Positions 54,516-64,000 of a stretch of 64,000 nt of DNA are shown piece after piece (position 1 is the stretch's first letter; each line of letters starts with the position of its first letter). Origin of the DNA: Euryarchaeota archaeon SCGC AAA252-I15 (GTDB taxonomy: Archaea; Altiarchaeota; Altiarchaeia; IMC4; SCGC-AAA252-I15). The DNA is taken from NCBI GenBank assembly GCA_000402775.1, contig AQSC01000061.1:6496-70495 (forward strand), in the 5' to 3' direction. A program made the position numbers and the translations under genes. The notes beneath the pieces were generated by a model that worked only from the letters and a program-made list of their open reading frames with translations, did no database searches and was not told where the DNA came from.

Positions 54516-55337
54516 TTAGGTTCCGATTTGTAGGGTTTTGTCTGAAAGTTTCTGAAGTGTGTTAAGCGCTGACAGGCAAGCCATATATGAAGTTTTTGGG
54601 TTCTGTGGTGACTGGACATTCCTAACTTCAGTAAAAAATTCACCAAAACCCCCTTTAACTCTTATTTTGTGGATTATTATCTTAGCATTAGGGTCTACTA
54701 CAACTTTTACTTTCGTTTTTTCAGCTCCGATTCCTGCAAGACTCAATGTCGCGCAAACATTAACACTCTTCGGGAAATGTTTGACTGCTTCTTTCGCAAA
54801 ACCATCAAAAACAACTGTTTTAGCTGATATTTTGCTTATGTCAACTCCTTTTTCATTCAGGAACCTGTTGTTTACAAATGCTTCTTTAGGTTTTATTGAG
54901 GTTATTTCAACTTCATAAACATTTGCGGACATTGCAGATTTCAAACCGTCTAAACCAACAACAGCTCCTGAAGGTACGTAAATTCGTGTGTTTTTCTCAC
55001 TACAAATTCTGAGTGCGTTATTCAATAATTGCTCGTCCAACAATGCTCCAACACTCATAATCAAAACGTCCGATCCGGATGTAATTATCTTATTTAGATT
55101 TTCATTAACTGCTTTCTGGGATGCCGCTTCAACAACTAAATCTAAATTATTTTCAAGTAATTGTTGTATTGATTTAGATACGAAAATTTTATTTTTTAGT
55201 TCTTCATTTAGTTTAACAACAAGAGAAGTGTTTTTATCGTAAATACAAATTAACTCCGTGTTTGAGACTTTACCATCATCTATTTTTTTCGCTACATATG
55301 ATCCTATACTTCCACACCCAAGCAACCCAACCCTCAT
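54516..55337 (-). CDS. nadX: L-aspartate dehydrogenase-like NAD(P) oxidoreductase
   Basis: MRVGLLGCGSIGSYVAKKI Rossmann start. ~270-aa length and pattern are typical of NadX / homoserine-DH-like enzymes. Confidence 0.5.
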   Translation of the reverse strand: MRVGLLGCGSIGSYVAKKIDDGKVSNTELICIYDKNTSLVVKLNEELKNKIFVSKSIQQLLENNLDLVVEAASQKAVNENLNKIITSGSDVLIMSVGALLDEQLLNNALRICSEKNTRIYVPSGAVVGLDGLKSAMSANVYEVEITSIKPKEAFVNNRFLNEKGVDISKISAKTVVFDGFAKEAVKHFPKSVNVCATLSLAGIGAEKTKVKVVVDPNAKIIIHKIRVKGGFGEFFTEVRNVQSPQNPKTSYMACLSALNTLQKLSDKTLQIGT

Positions 55338-56578
55338 TTTCCCTTATTATTATTCATTTTGTTTAATAGTTTGACCATTTCCTTTAAATTTACTCCTTGA
55401 GGTATGTATGTGGGGTAAGGGCTTTTCCCTTTCATATAATCCACCCACACCTCCTCAGTTATTAATCCCTCTTTTAAAGCGATTTTGTATATTTTAGTTT
55501 CAGGGACAATATCCGTAATCCTTACGACAAAATCATCTGCTTTCAGGCTTTTCAGAAAACGTATTGTTTCCTCCATGTCTTTTATCGTCTCCCCAGGATG
55601 ACCTAACATACCGTAGGCCCTACAGGATATGTTCAATTCCCGACAAAGCTTAAAGGTTCGTTCAATCTGGTCGTTGGAAATATTCTTCCCCACATTTACC
55701 CTCAACTCTTCAGATCCTGTTTCAACACCAAAAGATATATGTCTCAATCCAGCAGATTTCATAAGTCTTAACAGTTTTTCATCTATTAAGTCTACCCTGG
55801 TCGTACAAGCCCATTTAAATTCAATCTTCTCTCTTTTCAATTGATGGCAGAGTGTTTCAACATAATCCCTATTTTGGGTGAAGACATCATCAATGAAGTC
55901 TAAAATTCTTATTTTTGATGAGTGTATCTCTTTAAGTTCTGAAATTACATCCTCCAGCAACCTTACTCTAAAATTCGTGCAAGACATGGAACAGTAAATG
56001 CATGAAAAAGGGCATCCTCGAGAAATATTTGTTGTTGTGAATTCATACTTGTATTGATTGAACAGGTGTCTTGCTGGTGTGGGGATTTTTTCCGGGGGAA
56101 CAAACTGTCTTTCAACCTGTTTTCTCGTTTTATCCCCAATAGAAAGAATCCCATTCCCACTACCCAACTCTTTTCCTTCTGCGAGTGCACACACAAATTC
56201 CTTGAATGTTTCATCTCCTTCCCCCAAAAATCCATAATCTACACCCAAATGTGCGACACTATCCGGATCACAGGTTATGTGAGCACCCCCAACAACGATA
56301 CGATTAACACCCGCTTGCTGAAGCAATTTTATTAAAACATAAACCTTTGGAAGCGAGGCCGTCAAGGCACTTATCCCAACAATCAACGGGTTTTCACGAG
56401 ATATCTCAGCTACAACCTCGTTTAAACCCATTAAACTTGCGCATAAATCAAAGCATTTCACACTGAAACCAGATGATAAAACACTTTCACCAAGACAAGC
56501 AATACCTAACGGAATACTCCCCCCCAAACTATTTCCAAATCCCTCAACTGGCGGGTTAATCAAAACAACATCAACCAT
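55334..56578 (-). CDS. B12-binding-domain radical SAM protein
   Basis: N-terminal cobalamin-binding-like Rossmann region. ISRGCPFSCIYCSM is the CxxxCxxC motif. 414 aa. Confidence 0.7.
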   Translation of the reverse strand: MVDVVLINPPVEGFGNSLGGSIPLGIACLGESVLSSGFSVKCFDLCASLMGLNEVVAEISRENPLIVGISALTASLPKVYVLIKLLQQAGVNRIVVGGAHITCDPDSVAHLGVDYGFLGEGDETFKEFVCALAEGKELGSGNGILSIGDKTRKQVERQFVPPEKIPTPARHLFNQYKYEFTTTNISRGCPFSCIYCSMSCTNFRVRLLEDVISELKEIHSSKIRILDFIDDVFTQNRDYVETLCHQLKREKIEFKWACTTRVDLIDEKLLRLMKSAGLRHISFGVETGSEELRVNVGKNISNDQIERTFKLCRELNISCRAYGMLGHPGETIKDMEETIRFLKSLKADDFVVRITDIVPETKIYKIALKEGLITEEVWVDYMKGKSPYPTYIPQGVNLKEMVKLLNKMNNNKGK

Positions 56579-56610
56579 TGTAAAACAAATAATACGGGAA
56601 GTAAGGCCCC

Positions 56611-58074
56611 TCAGAGGTAGCTCTTATCCCCTTCAACACCCTGCAAGTTCGAAGTCTCATCACGCCGTAACGCATCCCAGTAAGACCCGTAACGCTCCTT
56701 TAATTGATGTTCTATTGAACGGGATTCCTTAATGCTTTTTTCAACATGTTTTTTCAAGATAAGATCACTTCCCTCGTGCACGGCGTAGTCACCAGCCATT
56801 CGAACCACTCCCCCCAAATCCCTAAGCCTCAACGTAAGCGAATCCCGGGTCTTGTCAAGCGCCTCAGCCATTTTCACAGACTCATCGATTATCACTTCAA
56901 CAGCATCCCCTGTGGCATGTGGTATTCGAGAGTCATTGTTAATCTCTTGAGTTATGAATTGCACGACCTTGAAACGGTTTTCATCATTATCCGGCATTGT
57001 CGTCTCCAACAAGATTTCATAACCATTTCCAACAACCCTTGAACGAAGCGGTGGCAATATATCCTTCAATTCTCGAATGTTACATGCCCCAACAAATAGG
57101 AAGTCACACGGTACATCAACGACTTTAACGGACGCGCCGGCTGACTGAGGATTCCTTCCCACAATTGGGAATTTCCTCTCCTGCATTGCAGTGAGAATAT
57201 AAGCCTGAAGGTTCCCTAGCTGAGGCAACTCATCGACAAACAAGACACCTTCATGGGCTTCGTGTATTGCCCCTGCAACAACCCGAAGATAAGCTGGAGT
57301 TCCTATTTCAGGGTGACTTCCATAAGGATCGTGGCGGACGTCTCCCAGAAGCTCAGTCTCCGAGGCACCAGTAGCGTGAACGAATGTTTTACGGTCCAAA
57401 GGCAATAAAACCATCTCCTTTAGCTTCATCCGCTCCTCTTTAATCGTGTTTATCGCTTGTTGGTCTAAAACCCGAATTTTATCGTCTTGAATTCTCTGGT
57501 AAATTAGAGTCTCCTCCGAACCTTCCTTGTTAATTCTCGTCGCATGAATCTCCCTTTCAGGCTCCTGCGGAAAAGCCTCAATAACCTCCGTAATAAGATC
57601 GCTGTACAAACTCGCACGTTTCCTCTGAGCGATCTTGCGGTACTTGTCTTCCCCGCAATTAGGGCATATTCGATCCTTGGATCTACTGGTGTTACCGCAA
57701 GTAATGCATCTGAATCCTAAGACTTCGGATACATATGTTGGGACTTCATTTGCGGTTTGGATTTTTCCAAACTCATTTACCGGGTCTTTTTCAGCTTCCG
57801 ACTCTCCTCTAGATCTAATTTTTATTAATGGTTTGTTAGTATTTTGTGGATTATCCGTGATTAAAATCTCAACAGTGGGTGGGCTTAGAAGGTCGGACAT
57901 GGCTTTAGCAAGCATTGATTTTCCAATTCCGGGAGGCCCGACCAACAAAATGTTTCTTCTTTGTTTAACGGCGAATTTAACTTTTTCGACTGCGGTATCT
58001 TGTCCGATAATCTGTTTTATTAACGTTTTTGGTGTTACAACCTCTTTGGTTGTTTCGAAATCACCCATATTCAT
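56611..58074 (-). CDS. LonB-like AAA+ ATPase lacking the C-terminal protease domain, with a Zn-ribbon insertion in place of the LonB TM insert
   Basis: IIGQDTAVEKVKFAVKQRRNILLVGPPGIGKSMLAKAMSDLL matches the archaeal LonB start. Insert CITCGNTSRSKDRICPNCGED. Walker B VLFVDELPQL. Lon-type helical lid (LRLRDLGGVVRMAGDYAV). The protein ends at 487 aa with no Ser-Lys protease domain. Confidence 0.55.
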   Translation of the reverse strand: MNMGDFETTKEVVTPKTLIKQIIGQDTAVEKVKFAVKQRRNILLVGPPGIGKSMLAKAMSDLLSPPTVEILITDNPQNTNKPLIKIRSRGESEAEKDPVNEFGKIQTANEVPTYVSEVLGFRCITCGNTSRSKDRICPNCGEDKYRKIAQRKRASLYSDLITEVIEAFPQEPEREIHATRINKEGSEETLIYQRIQDDKIRVLDQQAINTIKEERMKLKEMVLLPLDRKTFVHATGASETELLGDVRHDPYGSHPEIGTPAYLRVVAGAIHEAHEGVLFVDELPQLGNLQAYILTAMQERKFPIVGRNPQSAGASVKVVDVPCDFLFVGACNIRELKDILPPLRSRVVGNGYEILLETTMPDNDENRFKVVQFITQEINNDSRIPHATGDAVEVIIDESVKMAEALDKTRDSLTLRLRDLGGVVRMAGDYAVHEGSDLILKKHVEKSIKESRSIEHQLKERYGSYWDALRRDETSNLQGVEGDKSYL

Positions 58075-58154
58075 CGATTATTCTTTAGCATAATAGGATA
58101 AAAACAACCTACTACCTAACTCAGTTTGATTTCGAACCCACTTAAAAAAGATAA

Positions 58155-58505
58155 TCACACTATTTTTTCAATTTTTCCGTGGAACTCAACATCCTTTATA
58201 AGGCCTGAGGGGGCTATGTCATCGATAAACTCTATTTCTTTCAAGTATACGTAAACCCTATCCTCACCCGCTCCGACAGTAATCTTTAAGGATACGGAAG
58301 GTCCCTCCCTAGTGTTGAACTCGGGAATAAGTTGCTTATCCTCTAAGACCCCTGATGCAGTACCATAACATTCACTACCATCGTCTTCGTCGAGTCCAAC
58401 GTTTTGAAAGGTGAATTGAACTTCATCCACAATCCCTATCTCTCGGTCACCGTATAACACTATTCCACTCCCAAAGTGAACGGAGTCGCGATCTAAATCA
58501 ACCAT
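58155..58505 (-). CDS. Hypothetical acidic protein (116 aa)
   Basis: ORF in an operon-like position downstream of the DnaG gene. No motif. Confidence 0.35.
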   Translation of the reverse strand: MVDLDRDSVHFGSGIVLYGDREIGIVDEVQFTFQNVGLDEDDGSECYGTASGVLEDKQLIPEFNTREGPSVSLKITVGAGEDRVYVYLKEIEFIDDIAPSGLIKDVEFHGKIEKIV

Positions 58506-58506
58506 A

Positions 58507-59676
58507 TTATTTACTACTTTTATCAGTTATAATATTTACGTTCTTGGTATCTGTAACAGCAGACTTGTTAACACCTACAATATACTCAACACTTGATTTG
58601 CTTGCCGCATCAACAAGTCTCTGAGTAATAATACCGTCGAAAACCACATACTTTGGCTGAACGTCTGCGAGAGTGTTGACTAGATCCTTTATCTCAATCT
58701 CAGTAATAACTTTAACGTCCTTATCATATAATCTTGCGGTAAGCTTACCCTTAACATCCTTCAACTCATCTAAAAGCTTAGATGAAACTTCCGGAGAAGC
58801 GCTCTTTTTCGGAGCAATATAAGATTTCACAGGATAATTTTTCTCTTCAACGTGATTCGAAACCTTATCCTGCTTTGGAGGCATCTTCCTCCGGAGAGCC
58901 ATGATTACTTCCTTTTTAGTCAACTCTTCAACCTCTTTTCCTTGAGGTGCCTTAGCCACAAAATCAATATCAGCAACTGAGAGGAGTTCTTTCAATATCA
59001 TGTCGCCTCCACGATCACCATCAACGAAAGATATCGTAGTTTTGGTCTTACTAATCTCTGAAATAACTGGTGGAATGCTTGTACCACCAACAGCTAAAAC
59101 ATTCTTAATACCCTGCTTTAAAAGATTCAAAACATCAGCACGACCTTCAACGAGTATAACACTCTCAGCGGAATCAATACCCGGCCCTGCTGGAAGACCT
59201 TTATACGTGGTTATCTCACTTAACTGAACAGACTTCCTAACCTCATCAGTAAGCTCTCCACTTTCAGGGATCTCGTCATCCATAAGCTTCTTTAAAAGCG
59301 TTTTAGCACGGTCAACCATGACAATCCTCCTTTGAGTTCGAGCATCCTCAATATTCGTGACCCTGATTTTCCCGTTGCAAGGTCCAACACGGTCGACTCC
59401 TTCTATTGCAGCTGCAATAATTGAAGTTTCAACCATATCAAGGCTTGAAGGAACAGTCAAAATGCCGATAGACTTTCCTGCCTTGGTCTTAATCTCAACT
59501 TCAATTCTCCCAATCCGTCCAGTCTTCTGAAGGTCTCTAAGCTCTAATTCTTCACCTAAAAGTCCCTCAGATTGGCCGAAAACCGCGCCAACAACGTCTG
59601 GTTTCTCAACCACTCCATCAATAGTAATATCTGCGTAAATGTTGTATTTTATCGTATCAGCTGGTGCTTTAGCCAT
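58507..59676 (-). CDS. dnaG: Archaeal DnaG-type primase (Toprim)
   Basis: N-terminal KYNIYADITIDGVVEKPDVVGAVFGQSEGLLGEELELRDLQKTGRIGRI (archaeal DnaG signature). Toprim ILVEGRADVLNLLKQGIKNVLAVGG ... FVDGDRGGD. Confidence 0.85.
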   Translation of the reverse strand: MAKAPADTIKYNIYADITIDGVVEKPDVVGAVFGQSEGLLGEELELRDLQKTGRIGRIEVEIKTKAGKSIGILTVPSSLDMVETSIIAAAIEGVDRVGPCNGKIRVTNIEDARTQRRIVMVDRAKTLLKKLMDDEIPESGELTDEVRKSVQLSEITTYKGLPAGPGIDSAESVILVEGRADVLNLLKQGIKNVLAVGGTSIPPVISEISKTKTTISFVDGDRGGDMILKELLSVADIDFVAKAPQGKEVEELTKKEVIMALRRKMPPKQDKVSNHVEEKNYPVKSYIAPKKSASPEVSSKLLDELKDVKGKLTARLYDKDVKVITEIEIKDLVNTLADVQPKYVVFDGIITQRLVDAASKSSVEYIVGVNKSAVTDTKNVNIITDKSSK

Positions 59677-59875
59677 AATATCACCTCAAATATATTTTTT
59701 TTGGCTGCATTAACTAATCAAGAAAAAGTGTCACCCTGCACAATCAACCGCACAGTCTACCAAACCTATAAATCAAACACATGAATTGATATATAATCCT
59801 TAATTTCCTTGACTTAAAGTTAATGCAATGATAAACGTAAATTGTTTATTTTATAACACATCAATCAATAAAAGC

Positions 59876-60160
59876 TTATTTTTCGATTAACACATTAATC
59901 CTATCCTCAACCTCCTTTCTTGAAGTATTTTTAATAAAAACAACCTTCTTCGACGACTTAAAACCACGAATAATCTCACACTCACCGAAAATACCGCGCA
60001 GAAAACGGAGTAATCGACGATTAGCCTTACCGTCACGAGCAGGAGCTTTAACCCGAACCCTAAGAAATGATTCACCAGGATTCAAAGACAAACCATCACG
60101 AACTGCACTTGGTACAACCCTAATTGTAAGTAAAACGCCACTCGCATTCGGAACGAGCAT
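59876..60160 (-). CDS. DUF167 (YggU/UPF0235) family protein
   Basis: LTIRVVPSAVRDGLS...LRVRVKAPARDGKANRRLLRFL matches the DUF167 consensus. 94 aa. Confidence 0.65.
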   Translation of the reverse strand: MLVPNASGVLLTIRVVPSAVRDGLSLNPGESFLRVRVKAPARDGKANRRLLRFLRGIFGECEIIRGFKSSKKVVFIKNTSRKEVEDRINVLIEK

Positions 60161-60166
60161 AAACGA

Positions 60167-60445
60167 TCAGCCAATGGTGTTTGCTCGAATAACTTCCTCT
60201 AAAACCTTGAGGAAAGCTCCTTCGTCTTCCTTGGCAAGTGGGACAACGTTTCCGTCCTCTATCCTAAGGTCGTTGCCGTCGGCAACAACAACAAGAGCCC
60301 TTGACACTGGCACACCATACACTTTTTGAAGTTCTTCGTTGTCGTTTAAATCGCTTATAATATCGTCTAAAACATCCATGCGTATCCCAACCCTGTCAGG
60401 ATTAATTCGCGTTTCTTCGTTTTCTCCCATTTTATTACACCTCAA
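60167..60445 (-). CDS. Hypothetical protein (92 aa)
   Basis: ORF only. Acidic. No motif. Confidence 0.3.
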   Translation of the reverse strand: MRCNKMGENEETRINPDRVGIRMDVLDDIISDLNDNEELQKVYGVPVSRALVVVADGNDLRIEDGNVVPLAKEDEGAFLKVLEEVIRANTIG

Positions 60446-60498
60446 GTATTCTGAGCCAAAATATGTAAGTATATTAGACTTACTATATAAAACAAAGT

Positions 60499-61896
60499 TT
60501 AGCCCCTAAGTGATTTCATGTGTGCGATGCTGTTTTGAATGTGTTTTTTCGAGGCTACGTCACCTCTATTCCAAAGACCCCCCCCTTTAATGGATTCTAT
60601 CCCTTCAAGCGATTTTTCCCTTGCCTCCTCTATCGAGTCTCCAAGACCTACGCATGCTACAGTACGTGATTTCAACGAATAATTGTTGTTGTCTCGGACT
60701 TCCATTGAACCTGGGAATACCCTCAACCCTCCTCCATCACCCACAAGCTTGTATGCTGCACTCAAATCCACTACACCCCCGATTTCGTGACTGACAACCT
60801 TGTCGGGGTGTCTTTTATCGTATCCTCCATAGCTTTGGGGGACTTTGTATGTTACAACAGTGGCCTTAGGCTTCATTGACACCCTCTTTAAACTTCCTTC
60901 AAGCATTGCGTAGCACAAGTCGACGTAATCATCGGCGAGGGCGGGCATAATGTTCATTATCTCGGGGTCTCCAGGCCTTGAGTTTATCTCAAGGACTTTA
61001 GGATCGTCTTTTGTGTGTATGAATGCGACGTAAAACGGAAGTCCCAACAGACCCTTATTCCTTCCCTCACCCTTAACTTGCTTGAAAATCTTATCTACAA
61101 TATCCTCCTCCACTTCCCTATCTTTCGGAGTCATGAAAGGCAAGTGGTCACCCACATCCTTGTAGGATCCCATACCTCCCGTATTAGGGCCTATATCCCC
61201 TTCAAACGCCCGCTTATAGTCGCGGGTGTCCGGGAAAGGTGCGAGGGTCTTACCGTCACAGTAAGCCATAAACGAGGATTCTTCACCGTCAATCTTCTCC
61301 TCGACAATCACAATACCCGACTCATAATTAGACTTGAAATACTCGAAATAATCATCCTTCGAGTTAAAATGATCCCCCCAGACTCCAACACCTTTGCCGA
61401 AACCCGGCTTGTCAGGTTTCACCACGACCTGGCTTTCAAGCTCACCAAACCATTCATAAACATTATCTTTCACATTCGACAAAGACCAGTCTACGTGAGG
61501 GTCGAAGACCTTGTATCTCGGATTCGCACTCGGACAACATTCCGCTAAAAGTTCCCTCTGCTCTACCTTACTGGCTTCGATAGCGTACTCTTTCGCAGGA
61601 CATAAAACTGGAATACCCGTTTTTTCCAGCATTACGTCGTGAAGACCCTCGATTACCGGCCCCTCAGGCCCAACGACACAGAATTCGATTTCTTCTTTGT
61701 GTTTAAACGCGAAATCCGAAATAGAGTTCACATTCAAGTCCGGAACAACAACATGCTCATACGCTCTTTCAATATTGAAAGGATTTTTCTGTTTGTCGAC
61801 TATAAAAAGCCTTGTCTTATGGCTTGAACGGCACAGGGCGTCTACCATCGAGACACCTCGCGATCCATAGCTTACTACAAGTACTCCAACACTCAT
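60499..61896 (-). CDS. purD: Phosphoribosylamine--glycine ligase-like ATP-grasp enzyme
   Basis: ATP-grasp core with EINSRPGDPE (compare PurD E.N.RFGDPE) and VVKPDKPGFGKGVGV. 465 aa. Confidence 0.6.
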   Translation of the reverse strand: MSVGVLVVSYGSRGVSMVDALCRSSHKTRLFIVDKQKNPFNIERAYEHVVVPDLNVNSISDFAFKHKEEIEFCVVGPEGPVIEGLHDVMLEKTGIPVLCPAKEYAIEASKVEQRELLAECCPSANPRYKVFDPHVDWSLSNVKDNVYEWFGELESQVVVKPDKPGFGKGVGVWGDHFNSKDDYFEYFKSNYESGIVIVEEKIDGEESSFMAYCDGKTLAPFPDTRDYKRAFEGDIGPNTGGMGSYKDVGDHLPFMTPKDREVEEDIVDKIFKQVKGEGRNKGLLGLPFYVAFIHTKDDPKVLEINSRPGDPEIMNIMPALADDYVDLCYAMLEGSLKRVSMKPKATVVTYKVPQSYGGYDKRHPDKVVSHEIGGVVDLSAAYKLVGDGGGLRVFPGSMEVRDNNNYSLKSRTVACVGLGDSIEEAREKSLEGIESIKGGGLWNRGDVASKKHIQNSIAHMKSLRG

Positions 61897-61949
61897 GAAA
61901 ATTCACCCCGCTTTATTAGGTGAGATTATGTGCGTCTTCAAATAAATAT

Positions 61950-63035
61950 TTACTTCTTTCCGTAAACAACAGCACCCAAAACCAAGCCCGCTCCAACCAA
62001 AACATAGAGCATCCCTGACCTGTTCCTTGATCCTGACGCGACGACGTTTCCAGTCACTTTCCCAAGTTTTTTTATCGTCGTAGTTTGAGTGATGGTTGTT
62101 GTAGTATCACCTGTCATTGAAGTCGTTGTTGTCTTCAACTTCTCCTCAGCTAGGAAATGTGATAAAACCGTGGTGGTCGATGAACTACTCGAAGACACAT
62201 TTAGTGTTATCGAAGTTGTAGAGCTTGAAGTCGTAGTCTGTTCCACCGTAACCAGTACTGTGGCTTGTTTGTGGGGGTATCCGCGCGCCATAATCAGAAG
62301 CCGGTATTCACCCACCTCATCAAGGTTTATTCTTAATGTGCCGTTTTCATCAGCTTCAATCGTTTTTAACCACTTTAGATTTTCGTTTCTAACTTCAACA
62401 GTCACATCCTCAATAATTTTTCCCGTTTTTTCATCAAAAACATTAAATTCCATGAAATCATTAGTTGAAATGCTCATCATCTTCCCCGGAATGGGGGCTT
62501 TCCCCCCTGAAAAAACGAGGTTCCTCTCCTTCTTCGGCCTTTCCACAATCGGACAAACCTCGGAAAATTCCACATCCCCAGGGATCGAACCCCAAGGCCC
62601 AAAAGCGTACCCCAAAAGGTCTCCTTCTCGCGCGCAATAATGGCCGTCAAAAGATGTGAGATCACCATCCCAGCATGAATCACCGGCATCCCAACCCACG
62701 GGCATGTAATCCCAACCACCACCATCAGAAAAATGAAAGCTCCAGTATTCGTTAGAATTGCAATAACAGTCGTTTGCAGGGCATCCAACACTTTCAATAC
62801 CACAAAGACCATGACCCCACATTCCCCCATCACTCCAAGCCATAACAAGGCTTGTTTCCTGCATGACTTTGTAGCCGTCAGTTTCGGGTGCAACTTCCAC
62901 ACACTCCGTTTTCACAGTCCCGTCTGGGAATTCAACCACAACTCCGACGCGAACGGCGCTAGCTCCTAGTGAAATGAGCATTAATATTATTACTCCGGTA
63001 AGATTTTTCACATTATTATCCATTAATATCACCAA
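61950..63035 (-). CDS. Secreted protein with a Thr/Ser-rich linker and a C-terminal TM anchor ending in KK
   Basis: N-terminal signal/TM (VIILMLISLGASA). Cys-rich globular part. TTTSSSTTSITLNVSSSSSSTTT...TTTTITQTTTIKK linker. C-terminal GMLYVLVGAGLVLGAVVYGKK. Confidence 0.55.
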   Translation of the reverse strand: MVILMDNNVKNLTGVIILMLISLGASAVRVGVVVEFPDGTVKTECVEVAPETDGYKVMQETSLVMAWSDGGMWGHGLCGIESVGCPANDCYCNSNEYWSFHFSDGGGWDYMPVGWDAGDSCWDGDLTSFDGHYCAREGDLLGYAFGPWGSIPGDVEFSEVCPIVERPKKERNLVFSGGKAPIPGKMMSISTNDFMEFNVFDEKTGKIIEDVTVEVRNENLKWLKTIEADENGTLRINLDEVGEYRLLIMARGYPHKQATVLVTVEQTTTSSSTTSITLNVSSSSSSTTTVLSHFLAEEKLKTTTTSMTGDTTTTITQTTTIKKLGKVTGNVVASGSRNRSGMLYVLVGAGLVLGAVVYGKK

Positions 63036-63095
63036 TTACAATAAAGTTGGATAAATTATCCAACTTTTATATTCATTAACAATAATCATATAAAA

Positions 63096-63941
63096 ATGAA
63101 ATTAAAATTCAACACCATAACATGGACTGCTTGGATGCTTACTGGAGCCACCATAACCCTCCTCTCAAATAATCCCGCAAATATCATACTCTTATCCCTG
63201 ATACTTCTTGCATCCGCGAAAAAACACCACATTTCAACTTCAAACACGATAAAGGCTGCAATCTTTTTCAGCATACCGCTTCTTTTAATCAACGTGCTCT
63301 TCGTTCACGAAGGACAACATATCCTAACAGAAATACCCGCCGACATCCATCTAATTGGAATACAAATACCAATAACTCCCATCTCAGGCCCAATAACACT
63401 TGAGAGTGTTTCAGCCGCGTTTTTATTTTCAATACTTCTACTCAACACACTGCTACTGTTTACAATCTACAACAAGGAAACCTCAATCGACAACGTTCTA
63501 CGCCTAATACCCACAAGACTTTCCCACTCAACACTTCTCATCGCAATAGCACTCCGCTTCATACCCACCATAACACAAGACGCACAAGCAGTAACCGAAG
63601 CCCAACGCTGCCGAGGATTAATTTTTCAAACCGGCAGCCTAGCAAACAGGATTAAAGCAAACTCGTCGGTCATGATTCCAACATTTGTAAACTCTCTTGA
63701 AAGGTCTTACGTTTTGGCTGAAGCCCTTGAATCAAGAGGTTATTCTAAAAACAGAACTCGATATTTAAAGGAGGATTGGAGTTTAGGGGATTGGATATTG
63801 TCTTTCACTTATCTTCTTTCAATAACCTATCTTGTTTCTTCGTGGGCGGGATTCGGTTTTCCATACTGGAACAACCCTGAACTACTCTTCAGCCTCGACT
63901 TACGAGTTTTGATGACTCAAATGTTTTTACTTATCCCATGA
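63096..63941 (+). CDS. ecfT: ECF-transporter transmembrane (T) component, CbiQ family
   Basis: ...IALRFIPTITQDAQAVTEAQRCRG is the conserved EcfT A-R-G coupling motif region. 281 aa, ~5 TM. Confidence 0.65.
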   Translation: MKLKFNTITWTAWMLTGATITLLSNNPANIILLSLILLASAKKHHISTSNTIKAAIFFSIPLLLINVLFVHEGQHILTEIPADIHLIGIQIPITPISGPITLESVSAAFLFSILLLNTLLLFTIYNKETSIDNVLRLIPTRLSHSTLLIAIALRFIPTITQDAQAVTEAQRCRGLIFQTGSLANRIKANSSVMIPTFVNSLERSYVLAEALESRGYSKNRTRYLKEDWSLGDWILSFTYLLSITYLVSSWAGFGFPYWNNPELLFSLDLRVLMTQMFLLIP

Positions 63942-64000
63942 AAACCATCGAATTTAACGAAGTCTCATATTGGTATCCAAATGCGGACGAGCCCGCAATA
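63938..64000 (+). CDS. ecfA: ECF-transporter ATPase (EcfA-like ABC protein), N-terminal fragment that continues beyond the window
   Basis: The ATG overlaps the ecfT stop (ATGA). MKTIEFNEVSYWYPNADEPAI matches the start of ABC ATPases (I.f.nvsf.Y). Confidence 0.45.
   Translation, partial: MKTIEFNEVSYWYPNADEPAI

Noticed and set aside
1-64000. Search for rRNA, tRNA genes and CRISPR arrays
   Set aside because: By eye there are no T-loop (GGTTCRANYCC) or acceptor-stem patterns in intergenic regions, no rRNA-like GC-rich blocks, and no regularly spaced short repeats. A tRNAscan/Infernal run would be needed to be certain.

Overview
This window reads as an archaeal chromosomal segment of about 42% GC, gene-dense and mostly housekeeping. 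The recognisable core genes are the aIF6 C-terminus, NMNAT, HerA-like ATPase, PheA, ThyA, Hef helicase-nuclease, HisA-like, TatD, PurM, IlvE, PyrH, a PfkB kinase, ArgC, TrkA/TrkH, NreA, a class-III-RNR-like protein, TiaS, GatD, a stomatin, DnaG primase, PurD and EcfT/EcfA. No rRNA, tRNA or CRISPR array could be recognised by eye. Several small accessory insertions are embedded in this backbone: (1) a methylation-related island pairing a DpnI-like, putatively methyl-directed nuclease with a C-terminally truncated Dam-family methyltransferase and a divergent gamma-class N6/N4 methyltransferase; (2) two single-gene cassettes (a double PbH1 beta-helix surface protein; a small polytopic membrane protein) each bracketed by a ~40-bp duplicate of the 3' end of the upstream host gene (argC, TctA-like), where every difference between copies is synonymous; (3) an AT-rich cassette carrying a membrane protein plus a RelE/ParE-type toxin-antitoxin pair, flanked by GC-rich imperfect repeats; (4) an Orc1/Cdc6-like AAA+/wH gene preceded by a 200-bp AT-rich spacer with six copies of the inverted 7-mer TAAGTCA/TGACTTA, a candidate replication origin or replicon module. 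Other notable items are a 1210-aa protein with three tandem Vps4/meiotic-clade-like AAA modules, a GNAT cluster in which a 13-nt poly-C tract separates two ORFs that a +1 slip would fuse, a LonB-like AAA+ lacking the protease domain, an NrdD-like protein without a recognisable glycyl-radical tail, and a PheT-like protein containing only the N-terminal B1-B3/4 domains.
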